Assembly: GCA_051453625.1 (NCBI GenBank)
Contig: JBOZIK010000001.1
Span: 19,753,923 to 19,817,922, forward strand
DNA from: Welwitschia mirabilis
Lineage: Eukaryota
Length of the DNA stretch: 64,000 nucleotides
Direction of reading: 5' to 3'
Shown piece by piece: positions 53,761 to 64,000 of this stretch (positions within the stretch are counted from its first letter, which is position 1; each line of letters starts with the position of its first letter). The notes under the pieces were generated by a model that saw only the letters and a list, made by a program, of their open reading frames with translations, did no database searches and was not told where the DNA came from. The position numbers and the translations under genes are program-made.

Positions 53761-56629
53761 TAATAGCTAGCTTTAATGTTTTTATTAAAAATTTTCTTTG
53801 TTTTTCCTATAAGACATTATACCAATCTACTGGTCCTTTTGGCATTGTTAGTATAAGAACTAGGTTTTCTGAAGATAAGTAATTGTTTAAATTCTTTTCT
53901 TGTTTATAAGATTCTTCATGAGTATAGAGTAAATTTTTCATCTTAATACATATCCTTTTTAGTCTAATAAACTCTTTTGAAATTAGTTCATACCTTTCTT
54001 AAATATCCAAATTTGTGTCATCTTTACTATCTAATTCATCTTCTTCTCTTATCTCATCTTTTTCTTCTTAAGAAAGTGTAATGGCCATGAGAGTAGGATA
54101 AGTTTCTTCATTTGATATTTTTATCCCTATTTTAGTCTTTGCATGTTCTTCATCTTTATTTCTCTAAATATGAAACTCATAATATATTAAAAACATCTAT
54201 ATCCTCATCTTCTAATAGGCGTAGTTTATCCATTTAAAGAGAAAAGATTTAACAAATGGCATTTCTTTCATTGTTCACTCAATAAAATTACTCCTTTTTA
54301 TGAGTACCCATTTTGATACCACTTCAAAATCATTAAACTCAAATGGAAGGGGTGAATGAGTTCCACCAAATAAAAATTAAACTAATAACAAAATAATAAT
54401 CCATAATAAAAGCACCTTACCAAATAATGTGATTCCCCAACCTGGGTATGTCCACTCATAGAGGGTAGCTTATACTCTCACCTCTAGATATTCTTAACCT
54501 ACAAGAAAATAGTGCTTTTCTAGCACATTACTAATATAATAACAAATGAGAATATTCTTATAAGATAACACTATCTTCCCCTTAAGGGAATAGTGATCTT
54601 CATAGGCGCATCACAAATATTTACAATAGTGAAATTCTCCTCACAATAAAGTACTCTCTTTCTCATAAGGGAATAATGGTTTTATGACTTACTAATAACC
54701 TTACACTAAAAAAGTTCCTAAAAGCACAATCTCAAATGCACACCCCTACAAAGATTACCTTATAAAGCATTTGATATTCAAGAATGGACTTATCACAATG
54801 GACTTATAACAATATTTAATAATAAGATAGCCCACGATGTAAAATCAAAAGTACAATATAACAACAAGCCTAAAGGATATTTCTTTGATAAATATTTGAG
54901 CTCCTTGGTGTAATTGTTATATTCATGAGTATGAATGAAGATAATAGCAATGTAGATCCAAGATCAAATGATAAATAAAAGCTCTTTGCAAATGATGCCT
55001 TTGCTTCTTCATGAGAAGCTCCTTACACTAATGTGTTCTTTGTTCTTGATTTGATCATTATGTGATAAGATTCAAAAGCTGAGTCTTTGTTGTTATTCCA
55101 AGAATTCCTTTTTATTTTGTGACATTGAGTCTTTATACTAGCAAAAAATATCTAGTCATTTGAGCTTGAAAGATAGAATTTAATTTTGTAATCATCATGA
55201 AATGGATACAAAATATCTAGGCATTAGGTGCATAACTTTGGTTTTTATTGATTTAAACTTTAATTTAAGAAGTCTTTACTTTTGTAGATGTTTATTAACA
55301 GTTAGATGTCTTTACCTTGGTAGATGTATTCAATTAACTTATCTAATTTTAATGAATTTTACTCTATAGTATGCTCAGACCTTCTTAATCACAAATCCAT
55401 GATGTACAAGTTCATAGCTCAACTAAAATACAATATGTTCAAATATCAAATTGACTTTATTACCTATTTTAGCTTAGTATAGATATCTTCAAATATAAAT
55501 GGATTCATCTATGTTAGGTTAAACTTTTAGCTCAGTCTTCTTAAATACGATAGTCATCTTTTACTTAGTCTTCGTAAATATGATAGTCATCTTTAACCTA
55601 TGACTTGAGTTCTAGCATATTAGAGGCGTATTCAATTTACTAGATGTCTTCATTCGATATGTCTCCAATTTTTCATATGTCTCCAAAAAATTGATTCTAT
55701 ATTTGACTAATTGATCATTTTCATGAAATGTTATCTTTTGAAATACATCATGGTTTAAGGCCTATCAATGTTTGATGCTTTTGGCATTAACTTGTTTACA
55801 CATTAACATAAAATATTTGACAAGTGAAATCATCAAAACTAGATTTACCAACAATCTCTCCATTTTTGATGATCTCCAAGACTTGGCAAGTCTCATTAGA
55901 ACAATCTCATCTAATCAATTAAAATCAAACATTTATACTCTTATTAAATGCACTTAATCACTGTGTCTAATGATATTGGAAAATCATGATGTAATCCACT
56001 TGAAATTATATAAAAATACATAGTTATATGTCACTTGAAAAAAATATATTAATACATGTTAGAGACCTATTTAATCAATTTATCTAATAAGAATCAAAGC
56101 ATGTCAAAAATAAAATTGAATTAGCAATATATTCATGAAAAATAGAGTATTAAACATTGTAGAAATGTGACCTACTGAATATGATTGATAGTATGAATTT
56201 GCTAAAACTTCTTCCCCTTTTCAGATAACAGAGAAAATGAAATATAGATTTAAGAATCTGATGCACCCCCTACACATGTGCCTCCCAGAGAGTCTAGCAC
56301 GATCCCTAAGTTTGTGCCTTTATATGTATTAGCTAATGTCTTTCTAACCATTTTCCAATACTAGTATAGAAAAAGATGTCTATAATTCCTTAATAAAACT
56401 ATCTTAAAGATGTCTACAAACATGCATACATCTGTAATGAAAGTTCTATATTTTTTGAAAAGATCTATAACTACTATAAGCAAAATAATGCTATTTCGAA
56501 AAAAGATAAATATCACACACATAATTTAACTTTACTAACTACACCTAATTGCAATCTCCACTTATAAGATAAATACAATGTGGAGTTAAGAATTTAAGCA
56601 TACTACCTATTTACTTACCTAATTGGGTA

Positions 56630-59600
56630 AGGCCCAATTCCCAAGTTCCTACATAATTTTACATATCTTTTAGTACTTAGATATTTTGTAAATGCATCTA
56701 CAAGTGAATCATATATACTGATCTATTGCATTATACTATCTCTACTCTAAATATGTTCTCTAAGAAAGTGATATTAGATCTTAGTATGCTTAGTTCTTAA
56801 GTGTTGTATAAAATTTTTGGATATATTAATGGTAACATTGTTATTATAATAAATAGGAATGCTATCCATATAGAGATCAAAATCTTTCAACATCTATTTC
56901 ATCCATAGAAATTATGCCCAGGAACTTCCAACAGTAATATACTCAACTCAACTATTAATAGAATGGTTGAGTTTTATTTTTTACTACTCCAAGAAATTAG
57001 GTGTTATCCAAGCAAAAAGTATGTTCCACTTGTAATTATTCTCTCATATTTGCATCCTATCCAATCTATATCAAAATACTATACTAGATCAAGGGATGAG
57101 TCCTTTGAGTACCAAAGATTCCAATTAATAGTACCCTTTAAGTCGTAAAAAATTCTTTTAATAGCTATGAGGTGTGATTCACTAAGATCACTTTGATTAT
57201 ACACATAAATTATATACTTTACATAATGTCATGTCGACTAGTTATAAGATATAATAGACTACTAATCTTACCTCTATATAGCTTTTGATCCACATTCTTA
57301 CCATGTTCATCTTTGTCTAGTTTGGTGTTTTGATCCATGAGATTGTCTTTTCCTTGGTAATCTTATAAATCATATTTAACTAGGAAAATTTTGATATATT
57401 TAGGTATGAAATAAATGCATCTTCCTTATGTTGCATAATTCAAAGTCCCAGGAAGTTGCTTATTTTTTTCATAAGACTCATTTCAATTCATCCTGCATAA
57501 TCTTAGCAAATTTCTTTCACAAGGATTTATCAGTACTAAAATTTTTATCATATATATAAATTTAAATAATAATAAAATCTTTACAATCTTTTATAATGAG
57601 TAATGTGATATCTGAAGTATATACTTGAAAATCATTTTCAATTAAATGATAAAGATTTTTTTCATATCAAGCTATTAGGACTTCTTTAAGATAACAAAAA
57701 GCCTTCTTTAATTTATAGTTATGATCAAATTTTTGAGATTTAGTGAATCCATCTGGTTGTTTAACATATACTTATTCTTAAAGATTTTCATTGATAAAAA
57801 CACTTTTGACATCCATTTTATAAAGTTTGAATCCTTTCTTATAAGTAAAGGCTAAAAGAATTCTTATTGATTTCATACATGCCACAGAAGGAAAGGTCTC
57901 TTCAAAGTCAATTTCTTATTGTTGCTTGTAACCTTTTACCACTAATATTACCTTGTTTCTAATAACACTATCATATTTATCTATTTTTTCCCTAAAACCT
58001 CACTTAGTGCTAATGACTAATCTATTAGAAGGTCTTGGAGTAAGTTCTTAAATATTACACCTTTCAAACTAATTAAGCTCTTCTTGCATATCAAACATTC
58101 AATGTTCATATTTTTAGCTTCTTTGAAAGTTTTAGGTTTAACTTGAGAGGTATAAGCTATATAACAATAACATTCTTGAGTATGACTTCCAGTTTAAATG
58201 TTTGCATAAGGAATTTCTATAATGTTGCTAATAAAGTAACTCATTTTTAGTCTAATCATGGTTGATGGATTTTCCTTTTCTATTTCTTCTTCCTTTTTCC
58301 CTCACAGTCAGATTAAATTTAAGGATGTCTATAAGATTAAATAATTTGAACAAGAATATAATCATCTTTCTCATCTATATAATCTGACTCAATATCATTG
58401 ATTTTAACATTTATAGATTTCTCAACTAGATGGGTTTTATTATTTTACACCTGTAAGCCTTAATAACCATAGAATACCCTAGAAAAATTCCTTCATCAAC
58501 TTTTGAATCAAACTTCCTCAAATTATCCTTTTCATTTAAAATAAATAATTTTGATCCAAATGAATAAAAGTAATTAATAAAAGCTTTTCTACCTGGTCAT
58601 AACTTATATGAAGTCTTAGAAGTGAAATTACTTACTAGAACTCTTTTGGAAACATAGACTACTGTATTGATTACTTTTACCCAAAAATGATATGGTACCT
58701 TTTTATCATGCATCATTGTCTTGGCCATTTCATTAAGAACTCTATTATTTCTTTCAACTAATCCATTTTGTTGGGGTGTTTTTAAAGTAGAGAATTAATG
58801 TAGAATATCAAGTTGTTCATAGAATTCCCTAAATTATGAATTTTTAAATTTAGTGCTATTATCACTTTTATAATTTTGATCTCATATCCATTTTGGTTTT
58901 GTAACTTGATGCACAACCTAGAAAAGGCATTAAAAGCCTCATCCTTATGAAAAATGAAGAATATCCATGTTGAAATGAGAAAAATCATTTATAATTATTA
59001 AATAATAACTATTTTCACTTAAGCATTTTATAGATGAAGAAAGAATAATGTCTAAATGTAAGAGATCTAATGCGCATTTAGTAGAGATAATATTTTTCTT
59101 ACTAAATTTTACCTTTATCTACTTTCCTTTTTAACAAGCTTCATAGATCTAATTAAGAATGCTTTTAAACTTAGAAAGTTATCTTACCATTTTTGTTATG
59201 GACAAGATTTTGAGAAGATCTTTATTTACATAATCAAACTACCTATGCCATAGCTATTCTTCATCTATTTGGCTAAAAAACACTTGGTTTGATTATTAGA
59301 TATATCTTGTAAGGTGATGATATAAAAATTTGATATTCTTACACCAACAAATAAGAATTTAACAATATTTTATTCTCTTATAGTACAATCATTTTTTATA
59401 AACATAATAAAAAAATTTACATTAGAGAGCTGACTTCTACATAAATATTATGTTGTAAACCTTTTGTAAAGAATACGTCTTTTACCTCTAGTAAATTATC
59501 TTCTTTAATGGTATTAATGCCTTTAATTAGTGATTCTATGTTGTCTCTAATCGTTATAATCCTTTATCTTATTCCACNNNNNNNNNNNNNNNNNNNNNNN

Positions 59601-59760
59601 NNNNNNNNNNNNNNNNNNNNNNNNNNNNNNNNNNNNNNNNNNNNNNNNNNNNNNNNNNNNNNNNNNNNNNNNNNNNNTATTCCACCAAGGTGATGAAGCT
59701 AGATTGGTATTTAGTCATGTGTCGAAAGCATCCATTATTAATATATCATGCATGCTTCTT
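56630..59760 (-). pseudogene. pol: Decayed copia pol of unit B2 (PR-INT-RT-RH)
   Basis: *YINNGCFRHMT (~59745), TPQQNGLVERNNR (~58780), KFDSKVDEGIFLGYS (~58510), YKMDVKSVFIN (~57820), RTKHTKI*YHFLREH (~56800). Confidence 0.92.
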
Positions 59761-59769
59761 CACTTCTCT

Positions 59770-60615
59770 AAGTGCTATTTGAGCTAAAAGAGCTAGTTTT
59801 GATTTTGGTACCAAAATTTTTCTTGACTTGTCCTATATAAAACATTGTACCAATCTACTTAGCCTTTTGGCATTATCAGTATAACACCTAATTTTAATTT
59901 TTGTTAGACATTTGTACTAATAATGACCTCTATTATAACAATAATAATAGATAATATTATTTCTATATACAAGGTGTTGGTACCTAAGCTAATAGTTTCA
60001 TTTGTTAAGTAAGAAGGTTGATGTGCTTATTATAGCTTCATTATGTCCCAAGCTACTTTTGTCATTTGATTGTTTACATTGCCCAATCATAATATTCAAT
60101 GTCTTCTTTCCTTGGGTGAATTTTTCATTGATCTTCTTTGAATCAGATAGTTTCTGTCTTATAAACTTTAATTCAATGTTAGTTTATAACCTCAATTGTA
60201 AGAGCTAAGTTTTTTAAAGATAATTTATTGCTAATACTCGTCTCTTGATAATAGTCTTCTTCATGAGTATAAAGTAACTTTTTTACCTTAATACAGTATT
60301 TTATAGTTTAATAAACTTTTTAGAAATTATTTCATACCTTTCTTAAACATCCAAACCTATGTCGTCTTTACTATCTGATTTATCTTCTTTTCTTATCTCA
60401 TAATTTTCTTCTTTAGAAAGTGCAATGGTTATGAGAGTGGGATAAGTTTCTTCATATGACATTTTTATCCCTACTATAGTCTCTATGTATCCTTCATCTT
60501 TATTTTTTCAAATCTAAAACTCATAAGATTGTGAGAGCATCTATATCCTCGTCTTTCAATTGGTGCATTTTATCCATTTGAAGAGTGGAGGTCTAACTGA
60601 TGGCACTTCTTCCAT
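59770..60615 (-). pseudogene. gag: Internally deleted mini-gag leader of B2 (equivalent in B1 at ~53770-54272)
   Basis: ATG at 60615: MEEVPSVRPPLFK..*KTRI..EGYIET joins in frame to EETYPTLITIAL, skipping the capsid and knuckle segment present in A1 at ~24120-25085. Confidence 0.8.
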
Positions 60616-62153
60616 TATTTACTTAATAAAGTTACTTCTTTTCATGAGTATCCACTCTGATATCACTTGAGGATCATTAAACTTAGAGGAGATGGATGAA
60701 TGAATTCCACCAAATAAAAATTAAACCAATATCAGAATGGAAATGTATAATAAAAACACCTTACCAATAATATGGTTCCCCATCCTGGGTACATTCACAC
60801 ATAAAGAGTAGCTTCTGCTCACACCTTTGGATATTCTTGACCTATAAGAAAATAGTGATTTTATAGTGTAACACTAACCTAGTAACAAATGAGCTTCTCC
60901 TTGCAAGATAGCACTTTCTCCTCCTCAAGGAAATAGTGGTTTTCATAGGCGCACCATGAATCTTTTATAATAGTGAGAGTCTTCTTGCAAGACAACACTC
61001 TCTTCCTAACTAGGGAATAATGGTTTTCTAGATCACCATTAATCTTACATCAAACAAGTTCCTAAAAACACAATTATAAATGCACACTCCTAAAAAAGTT
61101 ACCTTACAAAGTATTTGATATTAAAAAATGGACTTATAATAATATTCAACAATAAGATAGTTCATAATGTAAAACCAAAAGTACAATAAAACAATAAGCT
61201 TGAAGATATTTCTTTGATGAAGATTTAAGCTCATTAACATTATTATTATATTCATGAGTATGAATTAATATAATAGCAATGTAGATTCAAGAATACATGA
61301 TAAAAGCAATGCAAGCTCTTTACAAATGATGCCTTTGATTCTTCATGAGATATTTCTTACACTTATGCATTCTTTGTTCCTGATTGGATCATTGTATACC
61401 AATATTCAAAAGCTAAATATTCACTTTTAATCTAATAATCCCTCTTTGTTTCATGAGTTAATCCTTCATACTGTTAAAGAAGATCTAGTTGTTTGAACTT
61501 GAAAGACAGTCATTTGAGCTTGAAAGATAGCCATTTGATTTTATAACTATCATTTAATGAATAAAAAACATCTAGGCATCAAGCACATAACTTTGGTTTT
61601 GATTGATACAAACTTTTCACTTTTCTAGACATCTACTAATAATTAGATGTGTTTACCTTATAGTTGTCTTTAGTTAACTTGTCTTAATTTTAATGCATTT
61701 TGCTCTATAGTATTCTTTGACCTCTTTAATCATAAATTCATGATGTATAAGTTCATAGTTCATCTGAAGTGCAAGATATTAGGCAAAGACCAAATTAACT
61801 TTATTACCTATTTTGACTCAGTATAAACATCTTCATCTGTATAAAGTTTGACTTTTAGCTTACTTGTCTTGAATATGGTAATCATCTTTTAGCTTTTGAT
61901 TTAATTTCCAATACACTAGAGATTTATTCAATTTATTAGTCCTCTTTATTTAAGATGTTTTCAATTTCCTAGATATCTTTAAACAATTAATTTTATATTT
62001 GACCAACTAATCTTTTTCGAAGATGTTGTCTTTTAAAATTCATTATGATCTAAGGCCTATCAATGTCTGATGCTTTTAGTATTGACCCATCTACATGCTA
62101 ATATAAAATATTTAACAAGTGGAATCATCAAGATTAGATTTACTAACATATAA

Positions 62154-64000
62154 TAAATTTTTAATGTTCATGTTGGAACTTATGAAGTCACTTCTATTGC
62201 AAAATACTAAAAGCTTCTATATGAATAAATCAATTTAAGAATCTCAAGATGAGCCATAGAGAAAGGGTTCATTAATACTTTTCTAGAGTTTTAAATGTTA
62301 TAAAAACAATACATGACATTTTTCTAAAAGCAAAGGTAATATAAAAAGTTGTTAAATCACTAATGTCTAATTATAGAATCAAAACAACAACTATGAAAGA
62401 GTTTAGAGATCTCAATACAATGAAGATGAAAGAGCTATAAAGTTCTCTTATAACATATCAAAAGAATGTCATACAAGACAGAGCATTGAAAGAAAAACAT
62501 ATTGCACTTAAGCAAGTTAAAGCATGAACTAAAGATCAAAAGGAAAGGTGAATAAAAAAATAGGAATAAGATGACTTTGATGATGGAAATGCATAACTGA
62601 CTTTCATTACAAAAAGAGTAAAGATAATTCTTGCATGTAAATACAACAAAAATAATAACTTTAAAAAACCATATCATTTTCTAACCAAAGATAAATCTAA
62701 ATGTAATTCTTCTAATAATACTTCTTTTTCAGATATTTCAAAAGTAGAATATTAGACACATGAAGAACAAGAACATATAACCTCTGAATACCCTAGTATT
62801 GACATGTTATAGGATAAGGAATAAAAAAAAGAGCCAAAGAAGAAGAAATATTTATTTATTAAATAGGATGATGAGAAAGAGGTAATAAAAAAAAAACATC
62901 TAATAATAAGAAAGCACATCCTTCATAGATGGCCATTGCACACCTTCAAGAATAAGATGATGAATTAGAAGAAGAGTGTAATTCAAAAAATAAAGATGAT
63001 ATAAGTATGAGTATCCAAGAAAAGTACATTATAATATCTAAAGAATTTATTAATCTACAAAAATTATATACTAATATGATAAAGCTACTTTACACTTGTG
63101 AAGAAGCTTATAAATAAGAAAAGAATACTTACAAAAAATTACCCTCTAAAACTTAGCTCTTAAAGCTAAGGTTAGTAGTCTAATGTGTTTTTTAGAGAAT
63201 GTAAGATGATAACTTTCATACTAAAAGAAAATCATTGAAATATTTACATAAGGCAAAGAGATCTTAAATATCATACATGGGCAAAACAAAAATCCAAACA
63301 ATAGCAATGGCTTAAAACATAATAAATCACAACTGGCACTTCAGCTTTTCTATATGAAAAATGAAACTACAAGCTAAGGTATGAATATTTAGGATTTACA
63401 AACAATATTATTTACTAATATTTTCATAGCAGAGTTCATTATCAGGATAGATGTCAAATGAAATTTAAAAGCAGGTATTATACTAACAATACCAAGAGGC
63501 ATAATACAGTGGTATATTATTTTGTACAGGATAAATCAAGAAAAGTTTGAATACCAAAAGAAAAATAAACACTTCTAGCATAAAATACCTTATAAAGTGC
63601 TTTTAATGAATTCAAATGTTTATTAAAAAAAACTAGAGAAGTAAAGAATAGGATGAATATTAGAAGGAATCAATAAAACATAAGAGATAAAACAAAGGCA
63701 TTGTAATACAAGATACTATTGATCTACTTGGCAATGTGGTCTTAAAATCTGAAGGTAATGAAAGATATATTAATTCATATAGGAACTTAGAGATTGAACA
63801 TTATCCAATCAAGTAAGCAAATAGGTAATATCCTTTAACATCTCAACTCCATTACATTTATTTTATGAGTTGATATTATGATTAAATGTAGTTAATGTAG
63901 CTAAAGTTAAATTATGTGTGTGATATTTATCTTTTTGAAATATTATTATTATGCTTGTATTAAATCCTTTTTTCAAAAATGTAGATCTTTTGTTGCAGAC
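62154..64000 (+). mobile_element. Element A2, right part: remainder of gag with the same pol deletion as A1; runs off the window
   Basis: Collinear with A1 ~24327-26400, resuming exactly where gag stopped at 35498. Confidence 0.9.

Larger units (their letters stand above)
35499..62148 (-). mobile_element. Element B: 3-LTR tandem of pol-bearing, gag-deleted copies of the same family, inserted in the gag of A2
   Basis: LTR-a (35499-35666 plus 47184-48474), LTR-b (54324-55853), LTR-c (60668-62148). PBS next to LTR-b and LTR-c; PPT next to LTR-a and LTR-b. Flanks CATAA (35494-35498) and TATAA (62149-62153) form a TSD with one C>T change. Confidence 0.9.

Overview
AT-rich eukaryotic DNA, almost certainly plant heterochromatin, with no intact protein-coding gene. 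It is a stack of decayed transposable elements showing heavy C>T/G>A mutation (TGG>TAG/TGA/TAA, CpG nearly absent). From left to right: a probable LTR end; a CpG-rich island (~745-1500); two decayed Ty1/copia remnants; a tentative caulimovirid-like remnant; an L1-type LINE lacking its RT core; then one Sirevirus-like copia family with ~1.3-1.5 kb LTRs occupying most of 22.5-64 kb. That family occurs in two reciprocal forms. Form A has gag but no pol (two + copies; the complete one also has an env-like ORF). Form B has pol but an in-frame capsid deletion and no env-like ORF (a 3-LTR tandem on the - strand, nested inside the gag of a form A copy). Nested inside form B is an 11.5 kb non-autonomous CACTA element carrying co-oriented fragments of four host genes: RLCK-XI-like kinase, IBR3-like acyl-CoA dehydrogenase, trehalose-6-phosphate phosphatase and an extensin-like-family kinase. 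All protein assignments come from manual translation and motif recognition; no searches were run.
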